Positions 1 to 8,775 of a stretch of DNA of 64,000 bases are shown in pieces. The notes beneath the pieces are model-generated. The model did not search any database. It saw only the letters and a program-made list of their open reading frames with translations, and was not told the DNA's origin. Both the position numbers and the translations under genes were made by a program. This DNA is from an uncultured Ruminococcus sp. (GTDB lineage: Bacteria > Bacillota > Clostridia > Oscillospirales > Acutalibacteraceae): contig CACWNY010000027.1 in assembly GCA_902762375.1 (NCBI GenBank), forward strand, positions 11,400 to 75,399. The letters are read 5' to 3'. Within the stretch, counting starts at the first letter, position 1; each line of letters begins with the position of its first letter.

Positions 1-1306
1 CACTTTCATAAGCTGTGCGGATAATACCCCAGTTATATCCTTCACCGTCATTGAGTTTACAGTAATCTACCGCAAATCTGACATCTGCCTCTTTTGCTGT
101 AGCAAACCAACCCATAATGGTATCATTATCGTGAGTACCGCTGTAAACAACGCTGTTCTCCGTATAATGTGACGGGAGATAATCATTTTCTTCACCGCTG
201 TCAAAGGCAAATTCAAGCACTTTCATTCCGGGATAGCCTGAGTCTTTGAGAAGTTGTACGACACCTGGAGTAAGTGTGCCTAAATCTTCGGCAACGATAG
301 GAAATTCTCCGATAGCCTTTTTCATTTTTTCGAAAAATTCTATACCGGGACCTTCAAGCCATTCTCCGTTGATTGCATTTTCAGCAGGGAAAGGAATGGC
401 ATAGTAGCTGTCAAATGCACGGAAATGGTCTATTCTGACAATATCAAACAGTTCGCTTGCACTCTTGATTCGTGCAAACCACCACTTATAATCGGTATCT
501 TCCAGATAATCCCAGTCGTAAAGCGGATTGCCCCAGAGCTGTCCTGTAGCGGAGAAATAATCAGGCGGACAACCTGCTACACAAACGGGTTTCTTTTCTT
601 CGTCAAGCCAGAAAACATCAGAATTTGCCCATGTGTCAGCACTGTCCATAGCCACATAGATGGGCATATCTCCCATGATTTTAATGCCAAGACCGTTGAC
701 ATATTTTCTGAATGCTGACCACTGTTCAAAGAATTTAAACTGTACGAATTTCCAGAAATCCATCTCCAGTTTATATTTCTCAGTGTATTTTTTGAGGGCT
801 TTGGGTTCACGCAGTTTAATTTCTTCGTCTTCCCACTCTGTCCATGCTTTCATATCGTTATTTTTCTTGACCGACATATACAAAGCATAATCTTCAATCC
901 AGTCCGCATTTTTCTTGACAAACTCTTTGTATTTAGGAGTAGCCTTGAAGTTTTTGAATGCACAACGCAGAACTTCAAATCTTGTTTCATAAATCTGTGC
1001 ATAGTCAACTTCTTCGGGATTTTCTCCCCATTTTCTGCCAAGCAAATCTTCTTTTTTCAGTAAACCGTCTTCCACAAGCATATCCAAATCTATCATGTAG
1101 GGATTGCCTGCATAGGTTGAGAACGACTGATAAGGGGAATCACCGTAACTTGTCGGACCTACAGGGAGTATCTGCCAGATTTTCTGTCCTGCTTTCTTGA
1201 GAAAGTCCGCAAAATCATAAGCTGTTTTTCCGATAGTTCCGAAACCGTAGGGGGTCGGCAGGGAGGATATTGCCATCAGCACACCTGCACATCTTTCTTT
1301 TGCCAT
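1..1306 (-). CDS. malQ: 4-alpha-glucanotransferase (amylomaltase, GH77), 3' end cut by window edge
   Basis: Hand translation of the minus strand from ATG at 1306 (GGAGATGA upstream) gives MAKERCAGVLMAISSLPTPYGFGTIGKTAYDFADFLKKAGQKIWQILPVGPTSYGDSPYQSFS..., and further on ...VVYSGTHDNDT. These are typical MalQ motifs. It is absent from the ORF track because it runs off the window. Confidence 0.85.
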   Translation of the reverse strand, partial: MAKERCAGVLMAISSLPTPYGFGTIGKTAYDFADFLKKAGQKIWQILPVGPTSYGDSPYQSFSTYAGNPYMIDLDMLVEDGLLKKEDLLGRKWGENPEEVDYAQIYETRFEVLRCAFKNFKATPKYKEFVKKNADWIEDYALYMSVKKNNDMKAWTEWEDEEIKLREPKALKKYTEKYKLEMDFWKFVQFKFFEQWSAFRKYVNGLGIKIMGDMPIYVAMDSADTWANSDVFWLDEEKKPVCVAGCPPDYFSATGQLWGNPLYDWDYLEDTDYKWWFARIKSASELFDIVRIDHFRAFDSYYAIPFPAENAINGEWLEGPGIEFFEKMKKAIGEFPIVAEDLGTLTPGVVQLLKDSGYPGMKVLEFAFDSGEENDYLPSHYTENSVVYSGTHDNDTIMGWFATAKEADVRFAVDYCKLNDGEGYNWGIIRTAYES

Positions 1307-1330
1307 CGTTATCATCTCCAATGTAAAAAT

Positions 1331-1506
1331 TTTCTACCTGAGCGGTTGAATATCAGGTAATTATTGTAAAAATCTGCTTACGCAGATTTTGTTTTGAATT
1401 TTTATCTGTTAAAGGGCTTCGCCCTTTAAAATCCCACAAGGGGCTTTGCCCCTTGACCCCACAAGCCTTTGAAAAGGCTTGACCGAAACTTTTAATTGTC
1501 ATAGCT
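1331..1506 (-). repeat. modular palindromic element (MPE) locus 1, monomer T-E-D-C-B-A
   Basis: TTTCTACCTGAGCGGTTGAA terminus. Hairpins: E AAAATCTGC..GCAGATTTT, D TAAAGGGC-TTC-GCCCTTTA, C CAAGGGGC-TTT-GCCCCTTG, B CAAGCCTTT-GAAA-AGGCTTG. A end CTTTTAATTGTCATAGC. Confidence 0.9.
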
Positions 1507-1714
1507 ATTATTCCTATGTATTTTACCATACACACAGAATTTTAGCAATAGAAATTAAAACATTTTATCAAAGTATTTTATTTTCTCCGTCACAATATGG
1601 CATAAATACAAAAATTTTACCTACCGTTTTGTACAAAATGATATACCATCAGATTATTTCTTGTGGTCATGATAACATGATATTGACTTTTACAGAAAAT
1701 CGTTTAAAATAGAT

Positions 1715-2569
1715 ATGATATATGTAACTGTGAGGAGAGGAGCTATAAATTTGTTTCAGATATTCAGCGAACACAAGGGTTTTTTGGGGCAAATTATCAT
1801 GCTTGCCAAAAATGAACTGGTAAAAACTTATAAAGGTTCGGTTATAGGCCCTTTATGGGCAGTAGTCAAACCATCGTTCACCCTTTTTGTATATTGGTTT
1901 GCTTTTGCGTTGGGTTTCAAAAAGGCTGGTCATGTTGATGTGGATATTAACGGTGTGACGGTTGCGTTTGACCGTTTCATGTTCATGCTTGTCGGATTTG
2001 TGCCGTGGTTTTTTATGAACGACAGCATTATTTTTGGCATGAAGTCAATAAGAACTAACCGTCATTTTGTCACGAAAATTTCTTTTCCTGTATCGACTAT
2101 CATGAGTTACACTATTCTTTCCAAATTGTATGTTCATGTGTTGTTGTGTGCCATCATGCTGATAATCGTGACGATTGTTCTGGGATTGAGTTTATATGCG
2201 TTACAGATTTTATTGATAATGCCGTTGATGTTTTTCTTTTTTCTCTTTTTGTCGTGGTCAACAGCACCGATGGGAGCGTTCAGTGCTGATTTTGAAAACA
2301 TGGTCATGTCGGTTATGTCGGGAATTTTCTGGCTTTCAGGAATTATTTATAATTCTTACGATATGGAAAGTGCCACATTGCGTCATGTTATGTATCTTAA
2401 TCCGATTAATTTCTTTGCCAATGCCTACCGCAAGGCAGTCTTATATAATCAGTTTATTTGGAACAGACCTGCCGAAATGGTTATATTTTTTGCGGAATTT
2501 GTGCTGGTATTTGTTCTGGGACTGTTCAATTATAACCGTCTGCGGAAAAAAATCCCTGATGTGCTTTAA
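1715..2569 (+). CDS. ABC-2 type polysaccharide/teichoic-acid export permease (Wzm/TagG-like)
   Basis: 284-aa ORF with the ...LAKNELVKTYKGSVIGPLWAVVKP... motif typical of ABC-2 exporters and about 6 hydrophobic helices. It sits directly upstream of the cognate ATPase. The exact start is uncertain. Confidence 0.8.
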   Translation: MIYVTVRRGAINLFQIFSEHKGFLGQIIMLAKNELVKTYKGSVIGPLWAVVKPSFTLFVYWFAFALGFKKAGHVDVDINGVTVAFDRFMFMLVGFVPWFFMNDSIIFGMKSIRTNRHFVTKISFPVSTIMSYTILSKLYVHVLLCAIMLIIVTIVLGLSLYALQILLIMPLMFFFFLFLSWSTAPMGAFSADFENMVMSVMSGIFWLSGIIYNSYDMESATLRHVMYLNPINFFANAYRKAVLYNQFIWNRPAEMVIFFAEFVLVFVLGLFNYNRLRKKIPDVL

Positions 2570-2580
2570 GTGAGGTTATT

Positions 2581-3336
2581 ATGTCAGACAATAAAACCAT
2601 GATTAAATTCCAGAATGTATCCAAACAGTATATTCTGTTCAAAAATGACCGTGAACGCTTTAAGGCATTGTTTTTCAAGCCCAAAAATGCCAAATACCAT
2701 ATGGCACTCAATGATGTATCAATAGAAGTATCTGAGGGAGAAAGTGTCGGTATTATCGGTGACAATGGTGCAGGAAAATCCACTTTGCTGAAAATGATTA
2801 CAGGTGTTGCCTTTCCCGATACAGGCACAGTGACGGTCAACGGTACTGTTGCAGCACTGCTGGAATTGACAGCAGGGTTCGCTCTGGAAATGACCGGCAG
2901 AGAAAATATCTATCTGCGAGGATATACACTGGGGTTAAAGGACGCTTATATCCAGAAAATTGAAGAAAAAATTATTGATTTTGCTGAACTTGGAGATTAT
3001 ATAGACCAGCCTGTAAGAACTTATTCCAGCGGTATGAAAATGCGGTTAGGGTTTGCGATTAATGTCAATATTGACCCTGATATTCTGGTGATTGATGAAG
3101 CCTTGAGTGTTGGTGATACTTCGTTCAAAAAGAAGTGCAAAAACAGAATTTCAGAAATTATCCGACAAGGCAAAACGGTACTTTATGTCAGTCATACAGA
3201 GGACAGTGTACGGGAAATGTGTACCAGAGCGATTTATCTTCGCAAAGGTACAGTAATTTATGAGGGTAATGTTGACGAGGCTTTCCGTCTGTACAAGGAG
3301 TACAAAGAAAAGCACCCTCCTAAAAAGAAAAAATAG
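2581..3336 (+). CDS. ABC exporter ATP-binding protein (Wzt/TagH-like)
   Basis: Walker A GDNGAGKST, signature YSSGMKMRLGFA, Walker B ILVIDEAL. Separated by 11 nt from the permease gene. Confidence 0.88.
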   Translation: MSDNKTMIKFQNVSKQYILFKNDRERFKALFFKPKNAKYHMALNDVSIEVSEGESVGIIGDNGAGKSTLLKMITGVAFPDTGTVTVNGTVAALLELTAGFALEMTGRENIYLRGYTLGLKDAYIQKIEEKIIDFAELGDYIDQPVRTYSSGMKMRLGFAINVNIDPDILVIDEALSVGDTSFKKKCKNRISEIIRQGKTVLYVSHTEDSVREMCTRAIYLRKGTVIYEGNVDEAFRLYKEYKEKHPPKKKK

Positions 3337-3340
3337 TCAT

Positions 3341-3484
3341 CTGTGCGGTTGGAATGATTTTCTCATCGTATAGCTGTGACAATTAAAAGTTTTGTCCACT
3401 TTTTCAAAAGTGGTGGGGTCAAGGGGCAAAGCCCCTTGTGGGATTTTTAAGTTGACAGTAACTATCTGGCTTTCAACCGCACAG
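3341..3484 (+). repeat. MPE locus 2, internally deleted monomer with both terminal inverted repeats
   Basis: Left CTGTGCGGTTGGAA and right TTTCAACCGCACAG are inverted with 1 mismatch. A, B(CCAC/GTGG) and C are present. D and E are deleted at TTTTTAAG|TTGACAG. Starts 5 nt after the ABC ATPase stop. Confidence 0.88.
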
Positions 3485-3500
3485 ATAGACAACTTTTAAT

Positions 3501-3523
3501 CAGATTTGCTTTTCGCAAATCTG
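3501..3523. repeat. orphan E-type hairpin
   Basis: CAGATTTGC-TTTTC-GCAAATCTG, 17 nt after locus 2. Confidence 0.6.
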
Positions 3524-3543
3524 GAAATGCGAGGTATGTATAC

Positions 3544-4293
3544 ATGGTAACAGCAGTAATTTTTGCAGGCGGTGTAGGGGCAAGAATGAGAACCGCCGAA
3601 ATTCCGAAACAGTTTCTACAGGTTGACGGAAAACCGATTATCATAAGAACTCTGGAAAATTTTCAGTATCATAAAGATGTGGATAATATTGTTATTGCCT
3701 GTCTGGAAACATGGATTGACCAGCTTTGGGCGGATATCAAAAGATATGGTATTACCAAAGTCAAAAAGGTAGTCAAAGGTGGACTTAACGGTCATCAGTC
3801 CATACACAACGGACTTTTGTGTGCTAAAGAGTTTTCCTCTAACGACAATGATATCGTGCTGATTTGTGACGGTGTAAGACCGCTTTTATCTGAAAATCTG
3901 ATTTCCAACTGTATCAAAAATGCCAGAGTTTTTGAAACCGCCGTTCCCGTAACAAGAAGTATCGATTCTGTTCTGGAAAGCAAAGACGGTATGACCTGTT
4001 GCAGAAGTCTGCCTCGTGGCGAAATGTTTATCACACAAGCTCCTCAGGGATATACTCTTCGAAAAATTCTCTGGGCTCACGATGAAGCCGAAAAAAGAGG
4101 GATTGACAACCCTATCTCCAGTTCCGAACTGCTGATTGAACTTGGTGAAAAAGTCCATATCTTTATCGGCGACAGGGATAATATCAAGGTGACTACTCCT
4201 GAAGATATGCGTTTCCTGAGAGCTTACTACTACTACAGAAGATATGAAATTTTTGCGAAAGAGGAATTAATGTATGACTTACCCAATCCTTGA
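3544..4293 (+). CDS. IspD/TarI-family cytidylyltransferase (candidate CDP-alditol synthase)
   Basis: N-terminus VIFAGGVGARMRTAEIPKQFLQVDGKPII is the IspD/TarI nucleotidyltransferase signature. Overlaps the next SDR gene by 20 nt. Confidence 0.75.
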   Translation: MVTAVIFAGGVGARMRTAEIPKQFLQVDGKPIIIRTLENFQYHKDVDNIVIACLETWIDQLWADIKRYGITKVKKVVKGGLNGHQSIHNGLLCAKEFSSNDNDIVLICDGVRPLLSENLISNCIKNARVFETAVPVTRSIDSVLESKDGMTCCRSLPRGEMFITQAPQGYTLRKILWAHDEAEKRGIDNPISSSELLIELGEKVHIFIGDRDNIKVTTPEDMRFLRAYYYYRRYEIFAKEELMYDLPNP

Positions 4294-5371
4294 TTGTATT
4301 CATCAGTATATCTACGAGGATATCTGTACACTTGCCACTGCTGACTTATCATGGGAAAAGCTGAAAAATAAAACTGTTCTTATCACTGGTGCTAACGGCT
4401 TTATCGCCTACTATCTGACAACAGCACTGCTGATACGAAACGATTTATATAACGATAATATTACTGTTCTTGCTTTAGTCCGAAATCAGGAAAAAGCTGA
4501 AAAGCGTTTCGGGGATATATTAAAGCGTGACGATATCAAATTGATTGTACAAGATGTCTGTGAGGATATTGCGACAGAAGATAAAGCCGATTATGTCATA
4601 CATTCTGCCAGTCAGGCAAGTGCCTATTTCTTTGAACATGACCCTGTCGGCACGATTGACGCTAATCTGACAGGTACTTATAAAGTTCTGGAATATTCCC
4701 GAAAATGTCATGCCGTAACACTGTTTGTTTCCAGTCTGAAAGTCTATGGCGACCTACATACGGGCAAAGCAAAAATTTCTGAGACGGATATCGGCTATCT
4801 TGACCCCACCAACTATAAAAACTGCTATGCACAAGGCAAAAGAGCTTCGGAAACTTTGTGTGCGTCCTTTCATAAACAGTACGGCATGAGTATCAAAATT
4901 GCCAGACCAAGCTATATTTACGGTGCGTCAAGTCTTGATGATGACAGAGTTTGGGCTCAGTTTATTGCCAATATCGTCAGAAATGAAAATATTCTCCTTA
5001 AAAGTGCAGGCACTCCGTATCGTTCTTTCTGTTATGTGACAGATACCGCCGTTGCCTTGCTGAAAATTCTCCTTGACGGTAAAGATATCTATCCTTACAA
5101 TATCTCTTCCGAAAATTCCAATGTCACTATACGGAATTTCGCTAAAACTGCTGTTGAGGCTTTCCCTGAAAGAAACCTCTCCCTTTCTTTTGCCAATAAG
5201 GAAGATGAAATCGAAAAAACAATCTCTATTATGGATAAAACACCCGAAATTCTTGACAGCACCCGTCTTAACGAACTGGGTTGGACTGCCAAAGTCAGTC
5301 TTACAGAGGGTATTCAGCGTGCAGTAAAAATTGTAGAACTTCAGTCGGGGAGTTCCTCCACGAACCCCTGA
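4274..5371 (+). CDS. NAD(P)-dependent SDR epimerase/dehydratase/reductase family protein
   Basis: Rossmann motif VLITGANGFIAYYL and catalytic YAQGK (YxxxK). The last 8 codons plus stop (SGSSSTNP*) are encoded by the G hairpin of a repeat element. Confidence 0.75.
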   Translation: MTYPILDCIHQYIYEDICTLATADLSWEKLKNKTVLITGANGFIAYYLTTALLIRNDLYNDNITVLALVRNQEKAEKRFGDILKRDDIKLIVQDVCEDIATEDKADYVIHSASQASAYFFEHDPVGTIDANLTGTYKVLEYSRKCHAVTLFVSSLKVYGDLHTGKAKISETDIGYLDPTNYKNCYAQGKRASETLCASFHKQYGMSIKIARPSYIYGASSLDDDRVWAQFIANIVRNENILLKSAGTPYRSFCYVTDTAVALLKILLDGKDIYPYNISSENSNVTIRNFAKTAVEAFPERNLSLSFANKEDEIEKTISIMDKTPEILDSTRLNELGWTAKVSLTEGIQRAVKIVELQSGSSSTNP

Positions 5372-5636
5372 TTTAAGGGCTGTCGCCCTTAAAAATCCCA
5401 CCCACTTTTCCCCAAAAAGTGGACAAAAAACTTTTATGGTTTTGGAAATGATTATCTGACTTTCAGCTATGACAACTGAAAGTTTTTGTCGAACTTTTTT
5501 CAAAAAGTTCGTGGGGTCAAGGGGCAATGCCCCTTGTGGGATTTTAAAGGGCAACGCCCTTTAACGAATAAAAATTCAAAACAAAATTTGCGTATGCAAA
5601 TTTTGACAATAATTACTTTCGTTTCGACCGCTCAGG
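5346..5636. repeat. MPE locus 3, head-to-head dimer (G-D-B-A | A-B-C-D-E-T)
   Basis: Left arm TCGGGGAGTTCCTCCACGAACCCCTGATTTAAGGGCTGTCGCCCTTAA..CCCACTTTTCCCCAAAAAGTGGAC. Right arm GCTATGACAACTGAAAGTTTTTGTCGAAC..GTTCG, C, D, E, then TTTCGACCGCTCAGG. Confidence 0.9.
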
Positions 5637-5671
5637 AAGAAATTATTCCTGACATCAAGGAGACGATTTAT

Positions 5672-6094
5672 ATGAAATCTGTCTTTTGCAGTGAGTTTAC
5701 CTACGACATCAACAATTCTTCTGAATCTGTAATGAAAAAGTTTCAGGAAAATACCGTTGCAGATAATCATTATCACTTTCATACCAAACATAACAGCACC
5801 AAAGATTTTATCGGAATATGTCATCAGAATAATTTTCAAATTAAAGCAATTATCAGTTCTTTTCCTGTAAAAAGAGAATTGTTCAATCCTATCATTGACG
5901 GAGTGACAGAAGAAACTAATAATATCACAAAGTTGCATATAAAAATGCACTGTAGAAAATTTGATTTGTTTTTTGCTGGAATATTTCTGATACTTTGCTG
6001 TTTTGCGACAATATTCATTGGTATCCATACTCATTCTGTAGCCAATTTGGTTATCTATCTTATTTCCATTTTGGGTCTGCTGATATTTTTATAA
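5672..6094 (+). CDS. hypothetical small membrane protein
   Basis: I trimmed ORF 5486..6094 to the ATG at 5672, preceded by AAGGAG. The upstream part of that ORF is repeat-derived. The C-terminus has two hydrophobic helices. No recognisable family. Confidence 0.4.
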   Translation: MKSVFCSEFTYDINNSSESVMKKFQENTVADNHYHFHTKHNSTKDFIGICHQNNFQIKAIISSFPVKRELFNPIIDGVTEETNNITKLHIKMHCRKFDLFFAGIFLILCCFATIFIGIHTHSVANLVIYLISILGLLIFL

Positions 6095-6141
6095 TCTACA
6101 TCAACTTTAAAGACACAAAAGAAAGAATAGAAAATATCCTG

Positions 6142-6236
6142 TCGGGGAGTTCCTCCCCGAACCCCTGATTTAAGGGCTGTCGCCCTTAAAAATCCCACCC
6201 ACTTTTTTGAAAAAAAGTGGACAAAAAACTTTTAAT
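6142..6236 (-). repeat. MPE locus 4, half element G-D-B-A
   Basis: Near-identical to the left arm of locus 3: TCGGGGAGTTCCTCCCCGAACCCCTGATTTAAGGGCTGTCGCCCTTAAAAATCCCACCCACTTTT.... Confidence 0.9.
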
Positions 6237-6270
6237 TGAACCTTAACTATGCACGAAAGGTGAAGAACAA

Positions 6271-8178
6271 ATGGAAATGTCGGAAATTCTGGGACAGTAT
6301 GAATTGGACTGGGCATACTATACGACAACTTTTGAGGACTATCCCTATGATAAACTGAAAAATAAAACTGTCTGTGTCAGCGGTACACAAGTATTCTTTG
6401 CTAAAGTTCTTACCTGCTTCTTGTTTGCTCTCAACGATAAGCAAAATCTGAATATCCATGTTGTCCTTGTTGCTCCTGATACAGGCGTTCTCAAAAAAAT
6501 GAACAACGCTTTGTTGAAACGCTCCGATTTCACTTTCTTCACCACAGATGAACTGCTGACAGAAAATTCTTTGTCTGATATAGATATCTGCCTTTATTCG
6601 GGCTGTTGTGCAAAATCTTTTGACAGTAACCCCCACGACTTCATACGGGAAACGCAACACCTGAAAACTTTACTGATTTCCCTTTCTGCACATCAATTAA
6701 AACAGTTTGTTCTTCTTTCAGATTATCGAACTTATGGCAATATTGAACGGGGTTACGCTGTTTCTGAAAATGAATACGGTTACATTGATTTGTCATCTGC
6801 CAGTGGCTGTATCAGTCAACTTTTGCAGACAATGGAAACTTTAGTTTGCGTCTATGCTAAAAAAAATAACTTCTTCTATACTGTCTTGCGTACAGGTGTT
6901 CTGCTTGGGGCTTGCACCGAATTTGATGACCATATCTTTAATCAGATGTTTCGCAGTGTCGCAAAAGGTGAACCCTTCGAAATTGTCAGCTCCCGTAAAA
7001 AATATTCCTTTACCTATATCCATGACCTGCTACATACTGTGTTCATGAGTATCACTACTTTACAGAAAAATCAGATTTATAATGTCGTCAGTAAAAACTG
7101 CACCATGTCTACAGGTATGCTCGTTGCCAGAATATTTGACCTCTACCCCGATGACTGTAAAATCCGTCTTACCTATAACGACTGTGACCCTTGCTATGCT
7201 ATCGCTCTCAATGACCAGAAACTTATCGCCAGAAACTGTCCTACAAGCGTCACTATGAACGAAATCATTCAATTAATGGTTTCCTCTCTGAAAAATGAAA
7301 GTAAACTCTTTCTTTACCAAAATTCTCATGAAGGAAAACTGGACTGTATTCAGAAAATTTTACTCGCCTATCTCCTTGAAGTCGACCGTATCTGTAAAAA
7401 ACATAACATCAGATATTTTCTGGGTGGCGGTACATTACTTGGTGCTATCCGTCATCACGGCTTTATCCCTTGGGACGATGATGCCGATATTATGATGCTC
7501 AGGGAAGATTACAATAAATTTCTTGAAGTTGTCGGTCAGGAATTGCCTGACGGTCTTTTCCTGCAAACTTCTTACACCGACAAGCACTGTCACTACCCTT
7601 TCGCTAAAATCCGTATCAACAATACTATATACGCTACACAATATTCTAAATCCCATACCGCTATGCACAATGGTATGAATTTCGATGTCTTTGCCCACGA
7701 CAAAACCGCTAATTCTAAGCTCGGTAAAAAACTGCACCTGCAATTTACTTTGCTGTTCCGTTCCATGATTTTTAACCGCTGGAATCACCGTCAGATTGAT
7801 AACAAACACAAATTCCAGAGTTTTTGTGCGAATATTCTTAAAGCTATTTTTCCTATTCCTGTTACAGAATGGCTTCAATATAAGTGCCTACGCTTCTTTG
7901 AACATAAAAAAAATGCACGCTTTCTCTATGACGGTATGGGGAGAAATGTCTATAAGGAAGATTTCCCCAAATATTTTCTTGACGATGTCATTGAGTGGGA
8001 TTTTGAGGGATATAAATTTCCTATTCCCAAAGAATACGATAAGTATTTACGCTATCTTTATGGAGATTACAATACACTTGTCTTTCCCTATAAAAGACAA
8101 ACCAGCCACGATATCGTTCTGCTGGATTTGGGAGAGTATTGTCATTTTCAGTTGCCTGATGATTTTCATCAGTTGTAA
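6271..8178 (+). CDS. fusion protein: degenerate SDR-like N-domain + LicD-family phosphotransferase C-domain
   Basis: N-terminus is a paralog of the 4274..5371 protein (YDKLKNKTVCVSGTQVFFAK vs WEKLKNKTVLITGANGFIAY). The C-terminal half has the LicD motif YFLGGGTLLGAIRHHGFIPWDDDADIMM. Confidence 0.75.
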   Translation: MEMSEILGQYELDWAYYTTTFEDYPYDKLKNKTVCVSGTQVFFAKVLTCFLFALNDKQNLNIHVVLVAPDTGVLKKMNNALLKRSDFTFFTTDELLTENSLSDIDICLYSGCCAKSFDSNPHDFIRETQHLKTLLISLSAHQLKQFVLLSDYRTYGNIERGYAVSENEYGYIDLSSASGCISQLLQTMETLVCVYAKKNNFFYTVLRTGVLLGACTEFDDHIFNQMFRSVAKGEPFEIVSSRKKYSFTYIHDLLHTVFMSITTLQKNQIYNVVSKNCTMSTGMLVARIFDLYPDDCKIRLTYNDCDPCYAIALNDQKLIARNCPTSVTMNEIIQLMVSSLKNESKLFLYQNSHEGKLDCIQKILLAYLLEVDRICKKHNIRYFLGGGTLLGAIRHHGFIPWDDDADIMMLREDYNKFLEVVGQELPDGLFLQTSYTDKHCHYPFAKIRINNTIYATQYSKSHTAMHNGMNFDVFAHDKTANSKLGKKLHLQFTLLFRSMIFNRWNHRQIDNKHKFQSFCANILKAIFPIPVTEWLQYKCLRFFEHKKNARFLYDGMGRNVYKEDFPKYFLDDVIEWDFEGYKFPIPKEYDKYLRYLYGDYNTLVFPYKRQTSHDIVLLDLGEYCHFQLPDDFHQL

Positions 8179-8235
8179 TCCATACCTCAAATCAATAAAT
8201 CAAAAAACATTTTCACAAATTGGAGGTTTCTCTAT

Positions 8236-8754
8236 ATGTCTGTTACTATACGCCCTATCACTGAGTACGATACTGATAATATCATCGCATGGAGAAATTC
8301 TGACGATGTAAAACGCTATTTTATCGATAGAACACCGCTAACCAAAGATGCTCATTTAAATTGGTTACATACTAAAGTTCAAAGTGGGAAAGTCGCTCAG
8401 TTCATCATTCACTCCGAAGAATTAAATAAAGATGTCGGTTCTGTGTATATTCGTGACATAGATACTCAACATCGAAAGGGAGAATTCGGTATATTTATTG
8501 GCATTCCCGAAGCAAGAAATAAAGGCATTGGTAGTAAAGCTACAAAACTTATCCTAGAATATGGATTTAAGGTATTAAAATTAAACCGTATCTATTTAAG
8601 AGTACTTTCCAAAAACATTGTTGCCATTTCATCTTATCAAAAGTCGGGGTTTATTCAAGACGGATTATTCAGGCAAGATGTTTTTGTGGACAAAAAATAT
8701 GAAGATGTCATTTTTATGTCAGTACTCCATGAAGATTACATCAAACATTCATGA
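8236..8754 (+). CDS. GNAT family N-acetyltransferase (PseH/RimL-like)
   Basis: 172 aa. IRPITEYDTDNIIAWRNSDDVKRYF...HLNWL and RNKGIGSKA are typical GNAT features. Confidence 0.8.
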   Translation: MSVTIRPITEYDTDNIIAWRNSDDVKRYFIDRTPLTKDAHLNWLHTKVQSGKVAQFIIHSEELNKDVGSVYIRDIDTQHRKGEFGIFIGIPEARNKGIGSKATKLILEYGFKVLKLNRIYLRVLSKNIVAISSYQKSGFIQDGLFRQDVFVDKKYEDVIFMSVLHEDYIKHS

Positions 8755-8775
8755 TAAAAAAGAGGTTTTTATTTT

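Noticed and set aside
1409-1455. Whether the C and D hairpins are ordinary Rho-independent terminators.
   Set aside because: In one orientation the T-run precedes the stem (GGATTTTTAAGGGC...), and in the other the stem is followed by A-runs. Genuine terminators in this window (for example 13625..13662 and 22674..22718) look different and sometimes coexist with an element. A partial terminator or stabiliser role cannot be excluded without RNA data.
5486-6094. The 202-aa ORF as a single protein.
   Set aside because: Its first ~60 codons are MPE sequence (FFQKVRGVKGQCPLWDFKG...). A good RBS-ATG pair at 5672 marks a more plausible 140-aa product, and even that is only moderately supported.
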